From positions 27,836-88,384 of the forward strand of contig CAYIFB010000003.1 in the NCBI GenBank assembly GCA_964362665.1: 60,549 nt of DNA, given 5' to 3'. Shown here in pieces: positions 18,524 to 26,923 of the stretch (the first letter of the stretch is position 1; each line of letters starts with the position of its first letter). The DNA comes from an uncultured Gammaproteobacteria bacterium. Its GTDB lineage: Bacteria > Patescibacteriota > Microgenomatia > 2-02-FULL-39-11. Below the pieces are notes generated by a model. The model was not told the DNA's origin, ran no database searches, and saw only the letters and a list, made by a program, of their open reading frames with translations. Position numbers and translations under genes: made by a program.

Positions 18524-19816
18524 ATGACAAAAAATAATGATATCACCGATCAAGCAGCGCCAACCTCAAATTCTCTTGAGGCTTTATCCGCTATCAAAAA
18601 AAAGCTTCTTGGTAAAAAATTATCCTATCATGAAATATATTCGCTGATGGATGAGGTGGCACATGAAAAGCTCGGTCCTGTTCTGACGACTTATTTTGTT
18701 GCCGCCGGATTCAAAGAAGGCTTTTCCAATTTGGAAATGTATTATCTGACCAAAGCCATGGTTGATACCGGAACACGTCTTCATTTTAACGGCATTGTTG
18801 CTGATAAACACTCGACCGGAGGACTAGCCGGCACCAGAACAACCATGATACTGGTGCCGATCGTTGCCGCCGCAGGATATAAGATACCTAAAAATTCTTC
18901 CCGGGCGATCACGACCCCTGCAGGAACTGCTGATACGATGGAAGTTCTTGCTCCGGTAACCTTTTCCCCTTCCCAAATTGAAAGAATTGTCGGTAAAACC
19001 GGAGGATGCATTGTTTGGGGGGGACATTTAGGACTTGCTCCTGCTGATGATATCATTATTCAGGTGGAAACCCCGCTTTCTTTTGAATCATTTGATAAAA
19101 TCATTATTTCAATCATGGCCAAAAAAATAGCATCCGGCGCAACTCACTTAGTGCTCGATATTCCTGTCGGACTAACTTTGAAAATTCACCATTTTAAGGA
19201 CGCGGAATTAATTTCCAAAAAATTCCAGCTTTTAGCGGATAAATTCCACATCAAACTCGCCGTTGACATTAATCAGACTTTGGAACCGGCCGGTCATAGT
19301 GTAGGGCCTTCGCTTGAAGCAATTGACGTTTTAAAAGTATTGGAGCAAAAACCTGACCGCCCGCGGGTTTTGGAAGCCAAAGCGTTAAGACTCACAGGAA
19401 AATTGCTGGATTTGTGCCTCGCAGATACCAAAAATAGTGAAAAAATATCAGGTGAAGACCTAGCCCGCCAAATTCTGAAAAGTGGTCAGGCACTGAAGAA
19501 AATGCGGGAGATTATAAAATACCAGGGAGGAGACCCGGACATCTCAATTGCTGATATAGAAATTGGCAAGTTTAAATACGAATATAAAAGCCACAAAAAA
19601 GGATCTATCACCTCTTTTAATAATAAAGACCTGACGATTATAGCTAAAATTCTCGGTTGTCCGGGAGATAAAAAAGCAGGCATTTATCTGGAACGAAGAT
19701 TAGATGAACATATAGACAAAAATGATATACTATGTATACTGTACTCATCGAATAAATGGCATCTGGAAGAAGCAAAAGAGACATTAAAAAATGTGCCGAT
19801 ATTCAGTATAGAATAA
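18524..19816 (+). CDS. deoA: Thymidine phosphorylase-family enzyme, archaeal AMP-phosphorylase-like
   Basis: 430 aa. DKHSTGGLAG phosphate-binding motif and SSRAITTPAGTADTMEV. From memory the latter resembles archaeal AMP phosphorylases more than bacterial TP (SGRGLGHTGGTLDKLE). Confidence 0.8.
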   Translation: MTKNNDITDQAAPTSNSLEALSAIKKKLLGKKLSYHEIYSLMDEVAHEKLGPVLTTYFVAAGFKEGFSNLEMYYLTKAMVDTGTRLHFNGIVADKHSTGGLAGTRTTMILVPIVAAAGYKIPKNSSRAITTPAGTADTMEVLAPVTFSPSQIERIVGKTGGCIVWGGHLGLAPADDIIIQVETPLSFESFDKIIISIMAKKIASGATHLVLDIPVGLTLKIHHFKDAELISKKFQLLADKFHIKLAVDINQTLEPAGHSVGPSLEAIDVLKVLEQKPDRPRVLEAKALRLTGKLLDLCLADTKNSEKISGEDLARQILKSGQALKKMREIIKYQGGDPDISIADIEIGKFKYEYKSHKKGSITSFNNKDLTIIAKILGCPGDKKAGIYLERRLDEHIDKNDILCILYSSNKWHLEEAKETLKNVPIFSIE

Positions 19817-19817
19817 T

Positions 19818-20024
19818 ATGTTTAAAAATATCATTGCTCCTGTCCAAGCTTGGCTCATGTCTCAGGGAAAATGTGTTGGCTGTAGCACTTCACTTGGCGA
19901 AGGAGAAAAATCCAAGGGAAAAAATAACGAGGTGTTAATCACCTGCCGGAAGTGCGGCCGTATTTTTTTATACGATCCCAAAACTAAAAAATACCAACGG
20001 GCTCCTCTTTCCCGTCCGACATGA
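19818..20024 (+). CDS. Small zinc-ribbon protein
   Basis: 68 aa with CVGC...CRKC. The start is 1 nt after the deoA stop and the stop overlaps the mltG start (ATGA), which suggests translational coupling. Confidence 0.5.
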   Translation: MFKNIIAPVQAWLMSQGKCVGCSTSLGEGEKSKGKNNEVLITCRKCGRIFLYDPKTKKYQRAPLSRPT

Positions 20025-20986
20025 AAAAAAAATTTGTTATTCTGTGTTTTCTTCTTTTCATAATAGGATTAATTTGTTTTCTATGGTGGAAACAGGCAAT
20101 AACCGGTGTCAACCCGTCTGATAAAACCAATATCACTTTTGTCATCAGGAAAGGCGAAACAGCCAGAACTGTGGCCGAAAGACTTCGTAATTTAAAGTTA
20201 ATCCGCTCTCCGGTTGCCTTCTTTCTTATAGCCAGATTTGGAGGAGTCGGCGATAATCTGCAGGCAGGCGAGTTTAATATAAATCCCGCGATGGATCTGT
20301 GGCTTATCGCCAAAACTCTAACCCATGGCACTTCAGACACTTGGATCACCATTCCGGAAGGTTGGAGAAATGAGGAAATCGCTTTAGAACTGACACAAAA
20401 ACTTTCCATCCCCGAAAGCGAATTTCTAAAAAAAGCCAAGGAAGGATATATGTTTCCGGATACATATCTTGTACCCAAAGAAGCTTCAGCTACAGCTGTG
20501 GTGGATTTGTTTCTTGGCAATTTCCAAAAGAAAATTGGCCCAAATATTATTGAACAGGCAGCGAAAAAAGGGCTCAATATCAATCAGCTAATCACCATTG
20601 CGTCTCTAGTGGAAAGAGAAGGCAGACATGACGGTGACCGGCCGATCATCGCCAGTATTATCTTGAATCGTCTGGGTATAGGCATGAAACTAGATATTGA
20701 TGCCACTATTCAATTTGCTTTAGGCTATCAGTCAGCTGAAAAAACCTGGTGGAAGAAAAATTTGACTCTTGATGATATAAATCTTAATTCCGCCTACAAT
20801 ACTTATAATAATTCAGGACTTCCTCCAGGACCCATCGCCAATCCCGGACTTCAGTCTATCATGGCTGTCGTGAATGCCCCTGAAACCGATTATCTGTATT
20901 ATATTTCCGACAGTCAGGGCAATATCCATCCGGCCAAAACCATCGAAGAACATAATGCCAACATTGCCAAATATTTAAATAAATAA
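20021..20986 (+). CDS. mltG: Endolytic murein transglycosylase MltG (YceG-like)
   Basis: 321 aa. N-terminal TM helix, LysM-like segment (FVIRKGETARTVAERLRNLKLI), catalytic region IASLVEREG and YNTYNNSGLPPGPIANPG. Confidence 0.9.
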   Translation: MKKKFVILCFLLFIIGLICFLWWKQAITGVNPSDKTNITFVIRKGETARTVAERLRNLKLIRSPVAFFLIARFGGVGDNLQAGEFNINPAMDLWLIAKTLTHGTSDTWITIPEGWRNEEIALELTQKLSIPESEFLKKAKEGYMFPDTYLVPKEASATAVVDLFLGNFQKKIGPNIIEQAAKKGLNINQLITIASLVEREGRHDGDRPIIASIILNRLGIGMKLDIDATIQFALGYQSAEKTWWKKNLTLDDINLNSAYNTYNNSGLPPGPIANPGLQSIMAVVNAPETDYLYYISDSQGNIHPAKTIEEHNANIAKYLNK

Positions 20987-20987
20987 C

Positions 20988-21590
20988 TTATTTTTCATCC
21001 AGACTCCTCCATAATATTCTAGCCGCATACGTCCTGTAGGGAATCCAATTTTTACTTAATTTTTCGATTTGTTTGTCAGTTGGTTTTTTCTTAAAGGCAT
21101 ACAACTTTTGAATCGCTTTACAGAGTCCCAGGTCGCCCAAAGAAAAAATATCCGGACGAGCCAGTGAAAACATCAGAAACATCTCGGCTGTCCACGGACC
21201 AATTCCTTTAATTTCCATTAGTGACTTTTTTATGGTGAGATCGTCTTTTCCGGCAAGATCTTCTAGATCAATTTCTTTACTCTGTATCTTTTCAGCTAAG
21301 TCTTTCAGGTATTTTACTTTCGAGTTTGAGGTCCCGACATTTCTGATTTTTTCAGCGGATAATTTGCATAACTCTTCCGGGTTAATCAAATCTTTGGAAA
21401 ATAATTTTTTAAATCGCTGAAAAATTGTCTCGCCTGCTTTTCCCGACAGCTGTTGATTGATGATTGTCTCGCAAAGATCGGAAAAATAATTTTTCGATTT
21501 TGTCAGCGGTTTTATCGAATCAATCTTTGCCAAAACGCCATAAAGTATCGGGTCGGTATTTTTAAAATGATGATATATTTTACTGTGCAT
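20988..21590 (-). CDS. HhH-GPD DNA glycosylase (3-methyladenine DNA glycosylase II-like)
   Basis: 200 aa. Helix-hairpin-helix IKGIGPWTAEMFLMF and a downstream Asp (GDLGL). Confidence 0.8.
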   Translation of the reverse strand: MHSKIYHHFKNTDPILYGVLAKIDSIKPLTKSKNYFSDLCETIINQQLSGKAGETIFQRFKKLFSKDLINPEELCKLSAEKIRNVGTSNSKVKYLKDLAEKIQSKEIDLEDLAGKDDLTIKKSLMEIKGIGPWTAEMFLMFSLARPDIFSLGDLGLCKAIQKLYAFKKKPTDKQIEKLSKNWIPYRTYAARILWRSLDEK

Positions 21591-21608
21591 CTCAATCTTT
21601 AAATCAAC

Positions 21609-21860
21609 TCAATTGTAAACATTAGATCTGTGACCTGCAGAGATAATTTGAATTGTTTTATCCTGTTTATTTATTTTATAAATAATTCTGTATACTCCAA
21701 CTCGATACGAAATCCTTCCCGTTAGCTCACGTTTCAATGGTTTTCCTGAAAAGGGATCGCCTTTTATTTCCGCAAGCGCTGTAATTATCGCTTCTTGATG
21801 TAATCGGGATATTTTCTTGAGTTCCTTCCTGGCTTTATCGGAAATAAGAAGTTTATACAC
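21609..21860 (-). CDS. relE: Type II toxin, RelE/ParE family
   Basis: 83 aa, RelE-like C-terminal half (YRVGVYRIIYKINKQDKTIQIISAGHRSNVY). Overlaps the upstream antitoxin by 8 nt. Confidence 0.8.
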   Translation of the reverse strand: MYKLLISDKARKELKKISRLHQEAIITALAEIKGDPFSGKPLKRELTGRISYRVGVYRIIYKINKQDKTIQIISAGHRSNVYN

Positions 21861-22128
21861 GGAGTTTCAAATCTTTTTTCAATTGTTCAAAGGTAATGAA
21901 TTGTCCCTTTTTAAAATCTTCCTCGCCTTTTTTTATTGCTTTTACAAGTTTTTTGTCACCCAAAATATCCAGCGTCTCTTTCCATGATTCGTATTCGGCT
22001 GCAGAAATCATCACAGCGGCAGGAACTCCGTTTACGGTAATCACGAATTCCTGAAGCTGTTTATCTGCCTTTTCCACAAGACTAGTCAACTGTGCTCTGG
22101 CTTTGGTAATTGGAAGAGTTATTGTCAT
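21853..22128 (-). CDS. yefM: Type II antitoxin, Phd/YefM family
   Basis: 91 aa. YefM-type N-terminus (ITKARAQLTSLVEKADKQLQEFVITVNGVPAAVMISAAEYESWKETLDIL). Confidence 0.85.
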   Translation of the reverse strand: MTITLPITKARAQLTSLVEKADKQLQEFVITVNGVPAAVMISAAEYESWKETLDILGDKKLVKAIKKGEEDFKKGQFITFEQLKKDLKLRV

Positions 22129-22137
22129 ATGTTTTCT

Positions 22138-22166
22138 ATATTACATAATTCTGTACATAATGTCAA
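22138..22166 (-). promoter_or_regulatory. Consensus promoter TTGACA-17-TAATAT of yefM-relE with an internal direct-repeat operator candidate
   Basis: Minus strand: TTGACA (22166-22161), 17-nt spacer containing TTATGTA twice (plus strand TACATAAT at 22142-22149 and 22154-22161), TAATAT (22143-22138), then 9 nt to the ATG. Confidence 0.55.
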
Positions 22167-22180
22167 CATTATAATATTTT

Positions 22181-22552
22181 TTATTTCCCCCCAATTAGCT
22201 GTATCAGGTTGTCATCCAGATCGTAAAAAGTGGCAAAATATTTGTCGAAGGTGGGAGCCTTGAAAGGACGCGCCAGGAATTTTACCCCTCTTTTTTTTAA
22301 TTCTTCATAAGACGCGGCTACCGAATCCACCACAAAATTAAACATATGCCTGTGGATGTCTTTATTTTTCCCTTTTACTTTATCATGCTGCCCGATCCAT
22401 AGATATACGTTTCCCACCTGAAAACGTATACCTGTATCTTGTGGGTGCTTTATTTCTTCAACCGGAACAAGACGCAGTTTTTCCTGATACCAATCGGCCA
22501 GTCTCCTGTAATTTTCCGACCAAATCAAAATGGCATTGATATTTTTTAACAT
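22181..22552 (-). CDS. VOC-family (glyoxalase/bleomycin-resistance fold) protein
   Basis: 123 aa, with the size and beta-alpha-beta-beta-beta pattern typical of single-module VOC proteins. Confidence 0.7.
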   Translation of the reverse strand: MLKNINAILIWSENYRRLADWYQEKLRLVPVEEIKHPQDTGIRFQVGNVYLWIGQHDKVKGKNKDIHRHMFNFVVDSVAASYEELKKRGVKFLARPFKAPTFDKYFATFYDLDDNLIQLIGGK

Positions 22553-22555
22553 AAT

Positions 22556-23452
22556 TTAAAACCATCCTTTCTTTTTTTGGGATTCCTTTTCAAATTCTGC
22601 CAGAAGTTCTTTTTGTCTGCTGCTTATATGTTCAGGTACTTTAATTTTAATCTGCAGGTAATGATCTCCCCGTCCGTTATCACGCACCAAAGGCACCCCA
22701 CGACCTTTGAGTTTAACCAGACTTCCGGGTTGGGTGCCCGGCTTGATTTTCAATTTTAAAGGTCCGTCTATTGTGGGTACGCTCACCACATCTCCTAAAA
22801 TTGCCTGGGCAAAACTTACTTCTACATCGCTAAGAAGATCATAACCTTCCCTTTTAAAGCGCGAGTCATTCTGTACTGACAGCACCACTTCAAAATTATC
22901 AAATCTTATTCTTGAACCTTCGTCAACGCCGGCCGGAATTTTAATTTTCTGTTGTTTTCCATCAACTACCACATCTTTTTCCACTCCTTTTACCGCTTCC
23001 ATAAAGTCGATGGTAAATCTGTAAATTCTTCGCTGCGGCCTTGAGCTTCGTCTAAAAGATGACCCGCCGAAAAACTGTTCAAATATTTCAAAAGGATCGG
23101 AAAATCCTCCGAAATCCACCCCATCAAAAGGCGAGCCTCCTGCAGAAGAATAGGTATAGGTAAAAGGTCCGTAAGCGCCGGTTTGATTTTGACCTCCGCC
23201 GAAGGGATTTCCCCCAGCTTGTCCTGCGCCTTGCGAAAAAGCTGCTTCGCCGAACTGATCATAGGTTTGTTTTTTCTGGGGATCAGACAGAACTTCGTAT
23301 GCTTTATTTATCTCTTTAAACCTGTCAGTAGCCTTAGGGTCTTTATTGCGGTCAGGATGCCACTCTAAAGCCTGCTTGCGATAGGCTTTCTTAATCTCCG
23401 TGTCGCTAGCTGATTTACTGACTCCCAATACTTCGTAAAAATCTTTGGCCAT
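22556..23452 (-). CDS. dnaJ: DnaJ-class co-chaperone, class B (no zinc-finger domain)
   Basis: J domain with HPD (YRKQALEWHPDRNKD), G/F-rich region and a C-terminal substrate-binding domain. There are no cysteines at all, so the CxxCxGxG repeats are absent. Confidence 0.88.
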   Translation of the reverse strand: MAKDFYEVLGVSKSASDTEIKKAYRKQALEWHPDRNKDPKATDRFKEINKAYEVLSDPQKKQTYDQFGEAAFSQGAGQAGGNPFGGGQNQTGAYGPFTYTYSSAGGSPFDGVDFGGFSDPFEIFEQFFGGSSFRRSSRPQRRIYRFTIDFMEAVKGVEKDVVVDGKQQKIKIPAGVDEGSRIRFDNFEVVLSVQNDSRFKREGYDLLSDVEVSFAQAILGDVVSVPTIDGPLKLKIKPGTQPGSLVKLKGRGVPLVRDNGRGDHYLQIKIKVPEHISSRQKELLAEFEKESQKKKGWF

Positions 23453-23488
23453 AATTATCTTGAAAATTTCATTATACCTTATTCTACC

Positions 23489-23516
23489 AAAAAGGCGCTT
23501 ATTAAAGGCGCCATTT
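23489..23516 (-). terminator. Weak intrinsic terminator/attenuator between dnaK and dnaJ
   Basis: Minus strand: GGCGC-9 nt loop-GCGCC followed by TTTTT (plus-strand A run 23489-23493). The stem is only 5 bp. Confidence 0.4.
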
Positions 23517-23546
23517 GGTTAATCATCCAATCGGCTGATAAAGAGT

Positions 23547-25466
23547 TTAACTTACAACCTCACCTTCTTCCGCTTCTTCTTTTTTAGCGGTCTTTTGGTC
23601 TTTCTTTTCGCCATTTTTGGCTTCTTCGTTCTTTTCTTCAGGCTTTGGCGCTTCAGTTTTTTGATACATCGCCTGGCCGATTTTTTGTAAAGTATCAGAT
23701 AGATCTTTGGTTTTAGTTTCCAAATCCTCTTTACTCCCGCTCTCCAAAATAGACTTTAACGCGGAAATTTTTTCTTCTACTTCCTTTTTGAGGCTTTCCT
23801 CAACTTTATCTCCGGCATCTTTAAGTGATTTTTCAGCCACATAAATCATGTTATCGGCTTTATTCCTAACCTCAATCTTCGATTTTTTCTCCTCATCTTC
23901 CTGACGATGCTTTTCTGCTTCTTCAGTCATTTTTTTAATTTCATCATCAGAAAGTCCTGTTGAACCGGTAATTTTGATACTTTGGCTTTTACCTGTCGCT
24001 TTGTCTTTTGCTGAAACGTTTAAAATGCCATTGGCGTCAATATCAAACATCACCTCTATCTGTGGTACTCCGCGGGGAGCAGGTGGAATACCGTCAAGGA
24101 TAAACCGACCGAGAGATTTATTGTCAGAAGCCATCGGACGCTCTCCCTGAAGTACATTTATCTCAACTGATGTTTGATTATCAGCTGCAGTTGAAAACAC
24201 TTCAGTTTTGGACGTAGGGACCGACGTATTTCTGGTGATTAAGGGTGTTGATACCGACCCGAGCGTTTCAACACCAAGTGTCAACGGAGTCACATCTACA
24301 AGTAAAATATCTTTTCCGCCCACATCCCCGGAAAGTATTCCTGCTTGTACTGCAGCACCAACTGCCACGACTTCATCAGGGTTGACGGAACGATTCGGGT
24401 CCTTGCCAAAAAATGCTTTAACAACTTCAATAACCTTCGGCATGCGGGTCATTCCGCCAACTAAAACAACTTCATCAATATTTTTCGTTGTAACTTTAGC
24501 ATCGGCAAGACATTTTTTAACGGGTTCAATACTCTTTTTCACTAGGTTCTCAATAAGTGCCTCAAGTTTAGCTCTATTCAACTTCATCACAAGATGTAAT
24601 GGACCCTCTTTGCCTTGAGTTATAAAGGGGAGATTAATCTCCGCCTCCATGGACGAAGAAAGCTCTATTTTGGCTTTCTCTGCGCCGTCACGAAGCCGTT
24701 GTAGTGCCTGCGGATCTTTTCGCAAGTCGACACTGTGTTCTTTCTTAAACTCATCGGCAAGGTAATCTAGGATTACTTTGTCGAAATCATCTCCGCCTAG
24801 GTGGGTATCGCCATTGGTTGCCTTAACTTTATAGACTCCAGATTTTTCATCCAGATCAAGCTCTAAAACTGAGATATCAAATGTTCCGCCCCCGAGGTCA
24901 TAGACCGCGATGGTATGTGCATTTTTCTTATCTAAGCCGTAAGAAAGTGCGGCTGCGGTTGGTTCATTGAGAATCCGCAACACCTCCAGACCGGCAATTT
25001 CCCCGGCTTGCTTGGTGGCCTGGCGCTGACTATCATCAAAATATGCAGGGACTGTAATGACAGCCTGTTTAACCGGCTCTCCAAGATAATGTTCCGCGTC
25101 TGTTTTTATTTTAGCTAAAATTTTTGCAGATATTTCCTGCGGAGTAAACTGTCGGCCTTCAACCTCTACAACAGCCATACCATTTTTACCGGATTTGATA
25201 GTATAGGGAAGCCACTTGCTATCTGTTTGTACACTTGTATCGCTATACTTTCTTCCCATTAAACGCTTGACGGAAAAAATGGTTGATTTGGGATTGATGA
25301 CCATTTGGCGTTTGGCTACGTCACCTACGATGTTTTTAATCGGATCGACAACTGACGGAATAACATTTCTTCCTTCAGCCGAATGAATAACTTTGGGACT
25401 GCCTCCTTCCATGACAGCTACACAGCTATTGGTTGTACCTAAATCAATTCCTATTACTTTTCCCAT
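23547..25466 (-). CDS. dnaK: Chaperone DnaK (Hsp70)
   Basis: 639 aa. [25 protein letters not shown]-rich C-terminal tail. AAGGAG SD. Confidence 0.97.
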   Translation of the reverse strand: MGKVIGIDLGTTNSCVAVMEGGSPKVIHSAEGRNVIPSVVDPIKNIVGDVAKRQMVINPKSTIFSVKRLMGRKYSDTSVQTDSKWLPYTIKSGKNGMAVVEVEGRQFTPQEISAKILAKIKTDAEHYLGEPVKQAVITVPAYFDDSQRQATKQAGEIAGLEVLRILNEPTAAALSYGLDKKNAHTIAVYDLGGGTFDISVLELDLDEKSGVYKVKATNGDTHLGGDDFDKVILDYLADEFKKEHSVDLRKDPQALQRLRDGAEKAKIELSSSMEAEINLPFITQGKEGPLHLVMKLNRAKLEALIENLVKKSIEPVKKCLADAKVTTKNIDEVVLVGGMTRMPKVIEVVKAFFGKDPNRSVNPDEVVAVGAAVQAGILSGDVGGKDILLVDVTPLTLGVETLGSVSTPLITRNTSVPTSKTEVFSTAADNQTSVEINVLQGERPMASDNKSLGRFILDGIPPAPRGVPQIEVMFDIDANGILNVSAKDKATGKSQSIKITGSTGLSDDEIKKMTEEAEKHRQEDEEKKSKIEVRNKADNMIYVAEKSLKDAGDKVEESLKKEVEEKISALKSILESGSKEDLETKTKDLSDTLQKIGQAMYQKTEAPKPEEKNEEAKNGEKKDQKTAKKEEAEEGEVVS

Positions 25467-25497
25467 ATTATCTCCTTTTCTTGAACCCGTCGCAGCT

Positions 25498-25968
25498 TTA
25501 TGCGGACCCGGGTATAACTTTTTCTAACATCTTTTTTCCTACTTTGACTCGAGCAGTTCTAATAACTTTATCATACATTTTATAGCCCGACCTTAATTCC
25601 TCAACTACTAAGTTATCCTTCTCTCCAGCTACAACCTCTACACATTCCATCACTCGCGGATCAAACTCGTGACCTAAAACTTCAATTTTCTGCACATTCT
25701 CTCCTGACAATAACTCATAAAATTGTTTCAGAGCTAAACTCAATCCCTGATCATTATTAGTTGTTACCACCTTTTCTAAAATATCAAGTACAGATAAAAT
25801 TTTTAATATTATATTTCCTGAAGCATATTTCACTTCATCCGCTCTTGCTTCTTTGACTCTTTTTTCCAGATTCTGATAATCTGCAAGCGCTCTCAGGTAT
25901 TTATTTTTCCATACCTCTGTCTGCATCTCCAACTCTTCAAGGTTTTTATCGGTTTGTTTTTTTGACAT
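25498..25968 (-). CDS. grpE: Nucleotide exchange factor GrpE
   Basis: Coiled-coil N-terminus ([13 protein letters not shown]) and a C-terminal beta domain. Start set at the ATG (MSKKQ) 4 nt after the hrcA stop rather than the longer tracked ORF. Confidence 0.9.
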   Translation of the reverse strand: MSKKQTDKNLEELEMQTEVWKNKYLRALADYQNLEKRVKEARADEVKYASGNIILKILSVLDILEKVVTTNNDQGLSLALKQFYELLSGENVQKIEVLGHEFDPRVMECVEVVAGEKDNLVVEELRSGYKMYDKVIRTARVKVGKKMLEKVIPGSA

Positions 25969-25972
25969 AACT

Positions 25973-26704
25973 TTACCAGCCTGAAGAAACCTCACTTATT
26001 AAATCACCTATATAACGAACGATCGGAATGATCCGAGGATAATTCAGGCGGGTTGGACCAACTACGCCAATCGCACCTTTGTGAGTTGGTGAAGAAAATT
26101 GGACAAAGACCCCTCCGCATTCGCTCAGATTGGCTCTGCCCAAATCTTCTCCGAGAAATACTTCAGGAAGTATTTGACCTGCCTCAAATCGGCCGAAAAT
26201 CTGCCACCAAAAATCATATTCATCAAGCGTATCAAGTAGATGTCTGGTAATATCTATATCATAAAATTCAGGCATATCCAAAATATAACCCATGCCTGAA
26301 GTAAAAAGGTTACCTTCATCGGTCACTGCTAAAGACATAGTCTTAGTATGATCGGCTAAAGCTTTAGTGGCTTCTCTTAAAGATTTGTCCATTTGGTTTC
26401 GATAATCCCATATTTTTTGTTTGACTTTAACTTCATCGGCAACTGATAAATCATTGGGTTTCATAATCTCGGAAACATACAGCTTTAGTGCCTGAGGTGT
26501 CGGTGTCCGGCCGGCCGAAGTATGAGGTTGTTTAAGATAACCAGTCTTGGTTAAACTCACCATTTCATTTCTGATGGTAGCCGGAGATATACCCAGATTA
26601 TATTTTTTATCCAAAGTATCTGAACCGACAGGTTCGGCTGTTTCAATATATTCATCTATGATGGCTTTTAAAATTTGTGCCTGTCTTTGGGTTAAATTAT
26701 TCAT
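25973..26704 (-). CDS. hrcA: Heat-inducible transcription repressor HrcA (short form)
   Basis: N-terminal winged helix (LTQRQAQILKAIIDEYIETAEPVGSDTL...ISPATIRNEM). First gene of hrcA-grpE-dnaK, with a CIRCE operator upstream. 243 aa. Confidence 0.9.
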   Translation of the reverse strand: MNNLTQRQAQILKAIIDEYIETAEPVGSDTLDKKYNLGISPATIRNEMVSLTKTGYLKQPHTSAGRTPTPQALKLYVSEIMKPNDLSVADEVKVKQKIWDYRNQMDKSLREATKALADHTKTMSLAVTDEGNLFTSGMGYILDMPEFYDIDITRHLLDTLDEYDFWWQIFGRFEAGQILPEVFLGEDLGRANLSECGGVFVQFSSPTHKGAIGVVGPTRLNYPRIIPIVRYIGDLISEVSSGW

Positions 26705-26726
26705 AGGGTTTATTTACCAAACAATA

Positions 26727-26753
26727 TTAGCACTAAGATAGCATGACTGCTAA
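26727..26753 (-). promoter_or_regulatory. CIRCE operator (HrcA binding site) of the hrcA operon
   Basis: Plus strand TTAGCACTA-agatagcat-GACTGCTAA versus consensus TTAGCACTC-N9-GAGTGCTAA. Overlaps the core promoter. Confidence 0.85.
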
Positions 26754-26763
26754 TATTTGTCAA
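26735..26763 (-). promoter_or_regulatory. Promoter of the hrcA operon, TTGACA-17-TATCTT
   Basis: Minus strand: -35 TTGACA (26763-26758), 17-nt spacer, -10 TATCTT (26740-26735) lying inside the CIRCE spacer. Confidence 0.55.
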
Positions 26764-26785
26764 GCCCCGCCACAGCGAAGCGCAG

Positions 26786-26856
26786 ACCCGCCGATAAGAG
26801 CTCTTTGAGCCGTGTATGAATAATACTGAAAAGGCGAAAAGTAAGCTATGGCGGGT
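26786..26856. repeat. Structured GC-rich palindromic repeat, copy A (second copy at 59822-59893)
   Basis: ACCCGCCGATAAGAGCTCTTTGAGCCGTGTATGAATAATACTGAAAAGGCGAAAAGTAAGCTATGGCGGGT. Folds as one long imperfect hairpin and aligns over its full length with copy B, with compensatory changes in the stems. Confidence 0.7.
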
Positions 26857-26894
26857 CAAGAGGTATGTCGTGCTGAAATTTAATCAGTATTTAT

Positions 26895-26903
26895 TGGTAT
26901 AAT
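26895..26903 (+). promoter_or_regulatory. Extended -10 promoter element TGgTATAAT upstream of the glycoside hydrolase gene
   Basis: TGGTATAAT lies 20 nt upstream of the ATG at 26924. Confidence 0.45.
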
Positions 26904-26923
26904 AATTTTATTAGCTTGCATTT

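Noticed and set aside
19984-20583. 199-aa ORF antisense to mltG. Similar long antisense ORFs occur at 924..1310, 10572..10973, 14122..14607, 24208..24618, 36667..37119, 43126..43581, 49370..50077, 58763..59116 and 59258..59617.
   Set aside because: Each lies fully inside a well-supported conserved gene on the other strand or in another frame. Their translations are low-complexity with no recognisable motifs, so they are shadow ORFs.
26816-26905. 29-codon ORF (MNNTEKAKSKLWRVKRYVVLKFNQYLLV) starting inside repeat copy A.
   Set aside because: The homologous position in copy B has ACG instead of ATG and no in-frame start. The apparent peptide similarity is just the nucleotide repeat, so this is not a conserved coding region.
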